IMG/VR virus record: IMGVR_UViG_3300026521_000466
Span: 100,798 to 164,797 of that record
Length of the DNA stretch: 64,000 nt
Source of the DNA: a virus
Direction: 5' to 3' (one strand)
Below are positions 55,680 to 64,000 of the stretch, one piece after another (within the stretch, counting starts at the first letter, position 1; each line of letters opens with the position of its first letter). The notes under the pieces are model-generated. The model was not told the origin of the DNA and did not search any database. It saw nothing but the letters and a program-made list of their open reading frames with translations. The translations under genes and the position numbers were made by a program.

Positions 55680-57311
55680 TTATTCTCCGCCTGCTGCGCT
55701 ATACAGGACCAGACCATACTTACTAAGGTTATCCAATTCTAAAGAATCTCCTGCTGTAGAATAAGCTGATACAGCATCTCCATCACCATCGTACGTCACA
55801 AATCTACAATCAACTACACTAAAACCATCAATGTTGATCTGTTGAGTACTATCACCGCTCATAGTAACTTGGCCTAAAGTAACTTTTGACCCTCCTGTTG
55901 CTTGAACAAGAATTGCGCCTGGAGTCATATCCATACCAACCAAGGTAACAGTTGAGTTATTTACTTCCATAAATGTAGCCTCGCCATCACCCACTGTGGC
56001 TGGGAAAGAACCTTCCATATTAATATTTGAATTATTAGCTAGTATCATCTTAGAAGTAGGACCAAATTTAAGAGACATATCACCGCGACTCCCATGGACA
56101 TGACATGATTGTAATACCAATAACTCATAACCAGAAGTATTACTTATCGATGTTTTTATGCTACTTACAAAATCAATTACAGATAATTCACCATAAATAA
56201 ATCTTTGATCAGACAAAGCAGCACTTGGATTGACCAATGTCATTGTTGATTTTTTCAATAAGATATCATATGAACCATTATAATCACCGTTAGTCTCTAC
56301 AGAAGAATCCTCATACGTGATATAACTATTCACTGCAAATATTGAACCAGCGGCATTTTCTGTTTTGAAAATACAAGAATCAATACTTACATCTCTTGCA
56401 GAATAATAATTAAGTGCGTAAGCGGAATCTGAATTATCGGTAGATTTTATAATGCAGTTACTAAAGTTACAAGCGGCTTTATATGCCTGACATGATATAT
56501 CTAATGTAATACCTTCAAACGCAACATCTGAAAATGCATATATTAAAGATCCTCTTCCATAGATAGTCACGTTTTCTGGATCTCCACTTTCAGAATAGAT
56601 TGATAATGCCCCACCCTCACCAATTGAAGGCTGCACATAAAATATATTTATATCACTAACATCTGAAACATCATAAGTGCCATCTGCTAAATATATATCA
56701 ACTGGATATTTAAGTATTTTACTATTTATAGAATCTATTGCCCTAATAAAACTGTCGGTATCGGAAACCATAATCTCGTCTGATCCTGTATAATATGCAG
56801 ACTCACCACCAGATCCACCTGCTGAAGCCTCTTCTTTGATCATTACAAAAATGTTATTCCCATTAGAATAAATAAGTTTAACATGAGTGAATTCCTTTAT
56901 ATCACCTTGTTCCAAATCTGCAAATCCGTCAAAATCACCAGCGTTATCGCGCAGTATCTTTCTTACAGGAACAACTGGGCCATTGTTAACTTTAATAGTT
57001 ACAGGTCCGTTATTACTAGAGGTTGTTAAAAAATCAACTTGCATAAAGTCTGTATATGTACTTCCTCCCGATATATTGTTAAGCACAATATAATCCTCTG
57101 TTGAATCATCACCGAGAACATAATGGTTGTGTGAAGATAACATTTGAAGGGTTTTTCTTAACTTTTTATTATCCTCAACATTTTCAATTCCTGCACCAGG
57201 AAACTCTACAGCATAACTTAGATTTCCTGTAACAAGATTTACAAGACTATCTTGCACAGTACCTTGTGACCCAGGATAGTTATTGATTTTTTGCTCAATA
57301 TCTAAAATCAT
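55680..57311 (-). CDS. Probable tail fibre/spike with parallel beta-helix (pectin-lyase-like) domain
   Basis: N.GPVTI.VN...V.V.K head domain, SAGGSGG linker, IYLADGTY start of the beta-helix, S/N/G/I-rich repeats. Confidence 0.65.
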   Translation of the reverse strand: MILDIEQKINNYPGSQGTVQDSLVNLVTGNLSYAVEFPGAGIENVEDNKKLRKTLQMLSSHNHYVLGDDSTEDYIVLNNISGGSTYTDFMQVDFLTTSSNNGPVTIKVNNGPVVPVRKILRDNAGDFDGFADLEQGDIKEFTHVKLIYSNGNNIFVMIKEEASAGGSGGESAYYTGSDEIMVSDTDSFIRAIDSINSKILKYPVDIYLADGTYDVSDVSDINIFYVQPSIGEGGALSIYSESGDPENVTIYGRGSLIYAFSDVAFEGITLDISCQAYKAACNFSNCIIKSTDNSDSAYALNYYSARDVSIDSCIFKTENAAGSIFAVNSYITYEDSSVETNGDYNGSYDILLKKSTMTLVNPSAALSDQRFIYGELSVIDFVSSIKTSISNTSGYELLVLQSCHVHGSRGDMSLKFGPTSKMILANNSNINMEGSFPATVGDGEATFMEVNNSTVTLVGMDMTPGAILVQATGGSKVTLGQVTMSGDSTQQINIDGFSVVDCRFVTYDGDGDAVSAYSTAGDSLELDNLSKYGLVLYSAAGGE

Positions 57312-57380
57312 ATTTGTCCTTTTTTAATTAATATAAACTTTATAAACTTATCATGGAAAAAAGAAATATAACGGCCCATC

Positions 57381-57581
57381 TCACATGAGATGAACCAGTT
57401 GACCTACATATATAAATTCAATACTAACAGTTGGCAAATATAACTCTGCTTTTAATCCAGTTAAAAGTTGCAATGCAGCCTCTTTCCACGCCACTATATC
57501 CTTTACAAATTCAGTATCTGCTACACCAGATATTGTTATTGATTTTTCCCTTTCTGATGTTGTATGTTTCAAGCCCTCCAT
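57381..57581 (-). CDS. Small hypothetical protein
   Basis: AAGGAG RBS. Confidence 0.55.
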   Translation of the reverse strand: MEGLKHTTSEREKSITISGVADTEFVKDIVAWKEAALQLLTGLKAELYLPTVSIEFIYVGQLVHLM

Positions 57582-57583
57582 AA

Positions 57584-57796
57584 TTACTCCTTATTACCTA
57601 ATGAATGTTTGGTTACATAAATAGCAATAAACTCCTCATCAAACTGAGACTCCCATTTACAATCAGGGCAAGAAAACTGTTTGCCCGTAAAGAAAGTTCT
57701 AGGTGTTGTTCTGCATTTAAGATTACCACAGTATGGTGTATAAGTAGAATCATTTAGCAGGTTCATTCTTACCAAAGATGTTGTATTATTACCCAT
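57584..57796 (-). CDS. Small zinc-finger-like protein
   Basis: YTPYCG...C...PRT...QFSCPDC.W. Confidence 0.6.
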   Translation of the reverse strand: MGNNTTSLVRMNLLNDSTYTPYCGNLKCRTTPRTFFTGKQFSCPDCKWESQFDEEFIAIYVTKHSLGNKE

Positions 57797-58028
57797 TGCT
57801 CACCTCCTCCTTTACGATAACTAAACCAGAACACATATTGTTCTTTTTAAAATACTGGATGTATTTCTTTTTAACTATGTCCGGACACTCATCCTGTTTA
57901 ACAACTACACCGTATGAATTACATCTTTTACAAATAAATTCTCTATGGCCAGGAATAATGCTTAATGGAAAGTACAGCCTATTTTTTTCTTTATGTTTAC
58001 AAAACAATCGCGTTATCTGTCTAATCAC
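57789..58028 (-). CDS. Small cysteine-containing protein
   Basis: LFCKH and CKRC motifs; GGAG RBS. Confidence 0.6.
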   Translation of the reverse strand: MIRQITRLFCKHKEKNRLYFPLSIIPGHREFICKRCNSYGVVVKQDECPDIVKKKYIQYFKKNNMCSGLVIVKEEVSNG

Positions 58029-58040
58029 TTTATCTCTCCT

Positions 58041-58670
58041 CTATACGATCCATGGATCTTCTTTATTAATAACTTGATAATGATAAACATCGTCGTCAGT
58101 AACATTATATCTTTTCTTTATCTCTGAACTTAGACTATATCTATCACGAAAATAAATTGTAGTGATATATTTATCTTTCTTTCTAGTTATAAACACACCA
58201 ATGTATTCATCTTTCATGGTAAGTCTATCAACAATGTCAAATCCTCTTCCCTTTATATCAACCGCGTATATTTCAGTGCCTATGACAGGAAGACTATCGT
58301 TATCACTTATCATTCTCGATGGCACTGTCGGTTTAATATTAATTTTTACCAAATGCCTCACGCCACAATGATCGGAGATATCTTTAGCTAATTGCTCTAT
58401 ATTCTTTCCACCGGCACCTATAAAATGAGAGATGACATCCAATGGAACACGCACAGTAACAGTTTTATCTTTTGGTGTTAAATCAACCCACATTACCAAT
58501 GAAGTCCCCACCATAATCATTTTATAACCAGTCATTCTTTCAGTATCCCGATGAAGATCCATAATAAAAATCGGAGCTCTTCTAGGCATATATAGCCATA
58601 ATAGTGTGGCTGAATTTGGCACCATCAACCATTTTTGTTTCTCCTTTATATATTCCAACACCTCTTTCAT
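58041..58670 (-). CDS. KH-domain RNA-binding protein (paralog 1)
   Basis: VTVRVPLDVISHFIGAGGKNIEQL, a type I KH GxxG loop. Confidence 0.75.
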   Translation of the reverse strand: MKEVLEYIKEKQKWLMVPNSATLLWLYMPRRAPIFIMDLHRDTERMTGYKMIMVGTSLVMWVDLTPKDKTVTVRVPLDVISHFIGAGGKNIEQLAKDISDHCGVRHLVKINIKPTVPSRMISDNDSLPVIGTEIYAVDIKGRGFDIVDRLTMKDEYIGVFITRKKDKYITTIYFRDRYSLSSEIKKRYNVTDDDVYHYQVINKEDPWIV

Positions 58671-58903
58671 CTCAATCCCCTTATATTTTTAAAATAGATA
58701 TTCCTCTGTTTAAAACGAATTCCGACATCACTAATGATAGTGACAAGCATTTTAACATGTGCTTCTTTATCGAATTTATCAATATGCTTTTTAGGGAGCT
58801 CTTTTAAAATCTTTACATATAGCCCAATAATCAACTCTCTTATATCACTGAAATCAACGCTGTTATTGCGAAACACATACTGCCTCATATCCATAGTTCC
58901 CAT
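58667..58903 (-). CDS. Small hypothetical protein
   Basis: 78 aa ORF with ATGA overlap. Confidence 0.5.
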   Translation of the reverse strand: MGTMDMRQYVFRNNSVDFSDIRELIIGLYVKILKELPKKHIDKFDKEAHVKMLVTIISDVGIRFKQRNIYFKNIRGLR

Positions 58904-58972
58904 ATATGGTGGCGTTGCATTAACATCACCACAACAATAATCAAAAGGGATACCGGGCAGTTGCCCAGCACC

Positions 58973-59596
58973 CTATAATCGGTAACACCATTTATGGTCA
59001 CACTCAACAGTCTGATAAAGATTTATATTATTTTCATTAATTTTCAATGTATCTTCAAAAGTCGCTTTCATACTATCTCTATCTTTGAAATATGCTGAGA
59101 GTAGATACTTTCCATATCTTTTATTATATCCTGCATAAACACAATCATTATGGCCATTCAGCCCTGCTATCATTGTATCAACAATAAGACGCTCATCAAA
59201 GGACATATTGATTACATAGAGCTCATCACCATCGGTGCATTCATTACATGTAAACAACGGCTGTATGTTAACAACAGCATTCCGTTTTAAACCAAACATC
59301 TTTGTCAATCTGCGACGCACTCTTTTTATATTGTGTCCTTGTATTCCAATAAACTGTTGTCTTACATAAGGAGGCACTTTTATATTGAATTGGTGTCCTA
59401 TTACTTGTGAAGGGTCAATTACACATGCGCCTGCTTGTCCAGCACTTATAAGTTTATACCCTGTCATCTTCTCTATATGATCACTGTATTTTCCTATATT
59501 TACACAATCATTATTGATCATTAATTTATGAGCTATCAAATGCCCATGTTTAAATAGTGTATCTTTATTTTTTTTAATATATTCTAAAATATCCAT
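58973..59596 (-). CDS. KH-domain RNA-binding protein (paralog 2)
   Basis: FNIKVPPYVRQQFIGIQGHNIKRV; shares ILEYIK, EKMTGYK and YF.DR.S with 58041..58670; start moved to ATG 59596 after AAAGGA. Confidence 0.72.
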   Translation of the reverse strand: MDILEYIKKNKDTLFKHGHLIAHKLMINNDCVNIGKYSDHIEKMTGYKLISAGQAGACVIDPSQVIGHQFNIKVPPYVRQQFIGIQGHNIKRVRRRLTKMFGLKRNAVVNIQPLFTCNECTDGDELYVINMSFDERLIVDTMIAGLNGHNDCVYAGYNKRYGKYLLSAYFKDRDSMKATFEDTLKINENNINLYQTVECDHKWCYRL

Positions 59597-59772
59597 CCAT
59601 ATTCCTTTATATAATTGTTTAGTCATCAAAGTAGCTATACTAAGACTCAAAAAAGGAAGAAAGGGGACTCACTCCCCTTTCTGTTTGTTGTCGTAGTACA
59701 TATAATATCTTAACAGTGCCGTCCATACTATACCGACTATTATTAAAAATAGCCCAAACTCTTTTTGCTCTA

Positions 59773-60351
59773 TCATATGTGATCCAAGATTATTCCCAAT
59801 AGCACAAAATCCATCAGGAGCCCATATAATATCTCACCAATACACCACGTACACCCCACATACTCGCCATCAAAGTCTTCATATTTAGTAATGCGATTTG
59901 ATAATGCAAATGCCATAGGAAAGCCAATACTCAACACCAATACACTTAATACCATAAAACCAATAGTTATATGTTCCCTATACCAGAGCAGTAATAATAG
60001 AGGTAAGAACCAATAGAGACCACGTATTGCTAATGCTACTGTATTAAATAAAAATGGATTCTCTTCTCTATCTATGAATACTGCTGTTATCCATGTAATA
60101 CCTGTTCCCTTGGCCTCATCTTCAACATATCCCCGCTTTACTCTTTCTGCAATATTATCAAAAGCCACTGTGGAGAGCCAAAACCCCCAACAGAATGACT
60201 CACCGACCACATAGAGTAATCCTGCTATAACACTATAAAATATATTCCCGTCTATCAGATAGAACCCTGCACCAATCAGTAATGCAGTCACCCACAAATA
60301 AGGTATCTTCGTATCCATGCCTCTTAATCTGTTCAATATAGTAAACATCAC
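59773..60351 (-). CDS. Multi-pass membrane protein
   Basis: LNRLRG N-terminus and 4-5 hydrophobic helices. Confidence 0.7.
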   Translation of the reverse strand: MMFTILNRLRGMDTKIPYLWVTALLIGAGFYLIDGNIFYSVIAGLLYVVGESFCWGFWLSTVAFDNIAERVKRGYVEDEAKGTGITWITAVFIDREENPFLFNTVALAIRGLYWFLPLLLLLWYREHITIGFMVLSVLVLSIGFPMAFALSNRITKYEDFDGEYVGCTWCIGEILYGLLMDFVLLGIILDHI

Positions 60352-60412
60352 TCTCTCCTAAAAAATAAAAAAAGTAGCAGTGCTGTAGAGTATCCACAGC
60401 TTACTGCCTTCA

Positions 60413-61078
60413 TTAAACTAAAGACCTGGCATAGAATCCAGCAAAATCCATGTCAAAAATATCTTCATTAGCTGAACCCGAAACAACTTTAGCCATAGAT
60501 ACCAATACCCTATCATCTATATCATTATCAACGGACACCACCACGTGAGGTATTACTAGATTGTATAGATAGTTATATATCTCCTTTTTACAGATGGTTT
60601 CGATGCCTGCCGCTCCCACTGACCCTTCTCTATTTCTCACTACTTCATACTCTACAGTGTAGTGACCCTCATCCTTTTCACCAATGGTTATCCTAGCTAA
60701 TTTGGACATATTGAGAAGACTGTTGAAATCGATATTCTTGAAATCTCCCTCATCTATTCTGGAAAAATAATCATCTGCAATGCGGTAGTTTAGTAACTCT
60801 ATCACTTTCAATATGGCTTTATAAACAGTCATGTCTACTTCTACCATACTTGTATTCTTCACAGACACGCTATAAATATTATTTTCAAACTTCACAGTAT
60901 ACATAGAGGAGGTCACATTATACTTTTTGGAAACAGCAGATACATTTATTGTGTCATATGTCGGCCTCATACCCGTATGGTGTTCTTCTTGCTCTACACT
61001 GGTCATAAACCTATACTCTTTATACTCCTCACCACCTACCTCTTTATTCAACTCACTCAGAAACATATACATGATCAC
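60413..61078 (-). CDS. Hypothetical protein
   Basis: AAGGAG RBS. Confidence 0.7.
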   Translation of the reverse strand: MIMYMFLSELNKEVGGEEYKEYRFMTSVEQEEHHTGMRPTYDTINVSAVSKKYNVTSSMYTVKFENNIYSVSVKNTSMVEVDMTVYKAILKVIELLNYRIADDYFSRIDEGDFKNIDFNSLLNMSKLARITIGEKDEGHYTVEYEVVRNREGSVGAAGIETICKKEIYNYLYNLVIPHVVVSVDNDIDDRVLVSMAKVVSGSANEDIFDMDFAGFYARSLV

Positions 61079-61563
61079 TCCTTCTCATTTATTTTTGCCA
61101 TTAGCGCATATCTGTTTACTTTAGACAATTCACTCATTAGATCATCAAGTACTATTTTAGACGCATGATCTGTTGAATCTAGCAATTGCCTACCAAACTT
61201 TATAATAAGTTTATCAGCCTCCTTTTGAGGAGTAAGAGTGTACAACTCTTGCAATAGGCGATGAACCAACTTAATATCAGCATTGTAATACATCGCAATG
61301 CCCAACTCCATCAAATCACCATCCAACTGATTAATCAATATTTCAGCACCTTTAAGATCATGATGTTTTATCAATAATACCAATGCTGCCAATTCATCTA
61401 TTGTTGTTATCTTTATATTATCACTATTGGATATGAAGGATTTTATATCCAATGTATATGCAGAAAGATTATTCAGTATGCTTGTGGCCATAATTGATTT
61501 TTTCATTCCAGTCACGCCATATTCCCTATCAGAAGGTAGTTTAACACCATCTAAATATTCCAT
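61075..61563 (-). CDS. Hypothetical protein
   Basis: 162 aa ORF. Confidence 0.7.
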   Translation of the reverse strand: MEYLDGVKLPSDREYGVTGMKKSIMATSILNNLSAYTLDIKSFISNSDNIKITTIDELAALVLLIKHHDLKGAEILINQLDGDLMELGIAMYYNADIKLVHRLLQELYTLTPQKEADKLIIKFGRQLLDSTDHASKIVLDDLMSELSKVNRYALMAKINEKE

Positions 61564-61583
61564 TGTTCGCCCCTTACCATCAC

Positions 61584-61865
61584 TTATCTTTTCTCACTTC
61601 TATTGAAAATACTCTTTAGGAACTCCTCTGTGATCATTCCTTTCTGATAATCATATATAGGTATTGTTTTACCGTTATAGAAAAGAGCCTCGGTCCATGT
61701 CACCTTTCCATTTTCATAAAGGTAAATCATCGCTCCGGTATGCTCGTTAAATATATCATCCGCATCAAACCCAACGATCCATCCGTGCTCACGCAACTCT
61801 CTGATCAAATTAACCAAATCTCTTTTATTATACCCTGCATCTATCACCACTACCTGATTCATCAT
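61584..61865 (-). CDS. Hypothetical early protein
   Basis: AAGGAG RBS downstream of the promoter at about 61889-61923. Confidence 0.7.
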   Translation of the reverse strand: MMNQVVVIDAGYNKRDLVNLIRELREHGWIVGFDADDIFNEHTGAMIYLYENGKVTWTEALFYNGKTIPIYDYQKGMITEEFLKSIFNRSEKR

Positions 61866-61888
61866 TCACTCCTTCTTTTTTATTAGTA

Positions 61889-61923
61889 CACCTAACCAGT
61901 GTCTACAGTAATAATATACAAAT
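61889..61923 (-). promoter_or_regulatory. Early-type promoter plus leader motif
   Basis: Minus strand reads TTTGTATATTATTACTGTAGACACTGGTTAGGTGT. Confidence 0.75.
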
Positions 61924-61931
61924 CAACTATT

Positions 61932-62249
61932 TCACCCACCCACTCTATACAGACTAGACAAGCTGACCTCCCTCATCTCTTTTACTATCTTAAATGTCAT
62001 AGCACAATACTTATCAACCACTTTACTCTCCACTACCTCTATCCCCGTATCTCCACAAGCCAAAAGAAATCTCTCATGCACATAGAGTAAACACCATAAA
62101 CTATGAAATTCATCAGGTATATCTCCTATGTTCATCTTCACCACAGCATTACACTCCACAGACATCAACACCTCCATCACACTATCTACATAATTATCTA
62201 TCTTCTCCCTACACACGTCACTCGTATTATTCATAGGCATATAGACCAT
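61932..62249 (-). CDS. Hypothetical protein
   Basis: GAGGAG RBS. Confidence 0.6.
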   Translation of the reverse strand: MVYMPMNNTSDVCREKIDNYVDSVMEVLMSVECNAVVKMNIGDIPDEFHSLWCLLYVHERFLLACGDTGIEVVESKVVDKYCAMTFKIVKEMREVSLSSLYRVGG

Positions 62250-62464
62250 CTTATCTCTCCTCTCTCTCTAAAAATTATTTGTTACTCTATCTAACTAACT
62301 CATATTCAAATACCCGTAAAAAGAAAAAAGAAGCAAAAAAGAAAATCTCTCCCCATACAGAGGAGAAGATATTAAAAAAGAGAAAATACTCATTATATCA
62401 ATATAAGAGATACCATGGTGTGCTGCACTCCCGTGAGAGACTCACGTTACGCACACCCAAAGAA

Positions 62465-62635
62465 AAAAGGGATACCACTACACTGTAGCCAATAGGTACA
62501 TACTGCCGGCATACTCCTAAGGTCGTATACCTAGAGAGTTCCTACGGTCACTCTCTACAGTATGTCTGTATTAATAGACTCTCATCATCCCCTCTCCCTA
62601 GAAGGGTTCTCCCCTTCTTCTCTCATGACTTCATA
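62465..62635 (-). ncRNA. Structured GGA-rich element, copy 2
   Basis: Same architecture as copy 1; identical TAGAGAGTTCCTACGGTCACTCTCTA core; strand inferred. Confidence 0.55.
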
Positions 62636-62694
62636 TAAATACTATTGAAATAAAAAAATATATAGAGAATAAAAGAGGAGAGAGGTAGGTAGTA

Positions 62695-63054
62695 TTACCT
62701 ACGTTTTCCTGTGCCAGGTGCACCACCCTGATACACTCCAGGTCTCTTAGAGACCTTTATCTTCTTTGTGAAGACCTCTCTCTTTAACTTAGCCAATCTG
62801 GCTTCCTCTTTCCATTCATCACGGTCTCCCCTCTCCCATGATTTACTTACCCCTTCAGCTCTTCTTTTGTTGAGATCTTTCAATCTCTCGAACTTGAGAG
62901 ATGCTCTAGTGATTAGAGCTGCATCCTCATCACTAAGATCTTTGTCGTTATATACAAAGATGACCATTTTTACAAATGCTCTCTCTGACCTATTTATCTT
63001 AGAGATAGATTTCTCTAAGAATAACTCCACTTGTGATCTTTCGTGCTCGTTCAT
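62695..63054 (-). CDS. Basic hypothetical protein
   Basis: C-terminal VYQGGAPGTGKRR; AAGGAG RBS; early promoter at 63099-63126. Confidence 0.7.
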   Translation of the reverse strand: MNEHERSQVELFLEKSISKINRSERAFVKMVIFVYNDKDLSDEDAALITRASLKFERLKDLNKRRAEGVSKSWERGDRDEWKEEARLAKLKREVFTKKIKVSKRPGVYQGGAPGTGKRR

Positions 63055-63083
63055 TTCAACTCCTTTTATTATATATAACTAAT

Positions 63084-63126
63084 GACACTAAGCTTAAACC
63101 ACTATAATAATATACAAAAGAAAAAA
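63084..63126 (-). promoter_or_regulatory. Early-type promoter plus variant leader motif (GCTTAG-TGTC)
   Basis: Minus strand reads TTTTTTCTTTTGTATATTATTATAGTGGTTTAAGCTTAGTGTC. Confidence 0.75.
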
Positions 63127-63655
63127 ACCTCGTTCGCACGGGGAGTTTGCCTCGCGCACGCGCGCGCGTATAATAAGTACTGGTTCATCTTTTTACTTGC
63201 TAATTTTTTAACTCTCTTTTTTTAAATACTTTTTTACCCGAGAGATTTGTAGAGACGTAGTTCTACTACGAAGTCTCTACAAATTTATCTCTCTATTTTT
63301 CATACCTTTTTTGGATTATGTATTTAATGAACGAGTGAAAACGAGTGAATTAAATAGATAATCTTTTTTGGTCTATAAATATAACAACTTTTGGGGGAAA
63401 GGGGGTTAATTTTAGGAGGAGAGATGGGGTCTGGGGAAGAGAGGAACCCTTTTATCAGGGGGAAAGGGAAAAACAAAAAAAAGAAATAGACTAGGGACTT
63501 AATCTTAATCTGTAATGAGTGCAAACCCATACTGCACAATGAACTCATCCCTTTTAAGAGAAAGTATATTCTTATACTCCATATACCATGCCGTTATCTC
63601 TTTACTAATCATTGTTCTACTCCATTAATCTTATTTTTAGATCTGTATATATACT

Positions 63656-63853
63656 CTACATCTCATCGACTGTATTTCGATGTAGTCTATCTTCTATTGA
63701 GGATACCTCAGCAAGAACATCCTTTGCCCTCTGTAAAAACGCCGTTCTTAGCGGCCTATTGCTCTTATGCATGTCTGCTGACTCTGCAAGGTATTTCATT
63801 TCCTCTAACAGCAATAATATTTTTGCAATTTCTTGTTTAGTATTCATGATCAC
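63656..63853 (-). CDS. Small hypothetical early protein
   Basis: AAAGGAG RBS downstream of the promoter. Confidence 0.6.
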   Translation of the reverse strand: MIMNTKQEIAKILLLLEEMKYLAESADMHKSNRPLRTAFLQRAKDVLAEVSSIEDRLHRNTVDEM

Positions 63854-63877
63854 TCCTTTATCTTAATTAATACCGAT

Positions 63878-63918
63878 GACACTAGCCTAATCCATGTTAA
63901 TAATATACAAAAGAAAAA
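63878..63918 (-). promoter_or_regulatory. Early-type promoter plus variant leader motif (GGCTAG-TGTC)
   Basis: Minus strand reads TTTTTTCTTTTGTATATTATTAACATGGATTAGGCTAGTGTC. Confidence 0.7.
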
Positions 63919-64000
63919 ATCTATTGGTAGAGACTTAAGCCCCTACCTTAAAGTATTTATTATACGCGTACCATCCATAGAATGACTCAATAGTGCCTAT

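Noticed and set aside
62279-63548. ORFs 62279..62488 (+) and 63324..63548 (-)
   Set aside because: Low-complexity translations of A-rich or G-rich non-coding tracts with no RBS.
434-63866. Numerous short ORFs antisense to or nested within long genes (e.g. 8167..8847 +, 14345..14899 -, 30088..30465 +)
   Set aside because: Shadow frames of real genes: no RBS, and S/F/L/I-rich composition expected from antisense of AT-rich coding DNA.
3151-63918. CRISPR array interpretation of the repeated AATAATATACAAAAG motif
   Set aside because: Copies are dispersed, one per intergenic region upstream of genes, with no repeat-spacer periodicity; they behave as promoters.
1-64000. Genome-wide TAG stop-codon reassignment
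   Set aside because: Long genes are intact under code 11 and several end in TAG right at terminators (2179, 16838); only one internal TAG was noticed.

Overview
AT-rich, gene-dense, mostly minus-strand segment of a phiKZ-like jumbo phage, probably nucleus-forming (Chimalliviridae). Core genes include a PhuZ tubulin, a probable chimallin, both halves of the split B-family DNA polymerase, three multisubunit RNA polymerase subunits, head/ejection proteins, class Ia ribonucleotide reductase (nrdA carrying an HNH-type intein, nrdB with a C-terminal extension), and a holin-like/endolysin pair. Accessory genes include Tad1-like and Tad2-like sponge proteins, a NADAR-RecJ fusion, a DUF488-SLOG fusion, two guanylate-kinase-like genes, an ATP-grasp protein and two KH-domain proteins. 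The RNR sequences resemble those of Campylobacterota (recalled similarity, no search run). The most unusual content is non-coding. (1) About 11 early-type promoters (TATATTAT) are followed by a conserved 5'-leader motif (CUUAGGUG). A separate promoter-to-terminator small RNA between nrdA and nrdB presents the complement of that motif plus an anti-Shine-Dalgarno in a stem-closed loop, making it a candidate trans-acting regulator of the early regulon. (2) A ~1 kb transcription unit with no convincing ORF carries a tRNA(CAU), a minimal tRNA-like RNA and several structured RNAs, one of them ~420 nt. (3) Two diverged copies of a GGA-rich three-way-junction element lie 59 kb apart. All family assignments come from motif recognition by eye.
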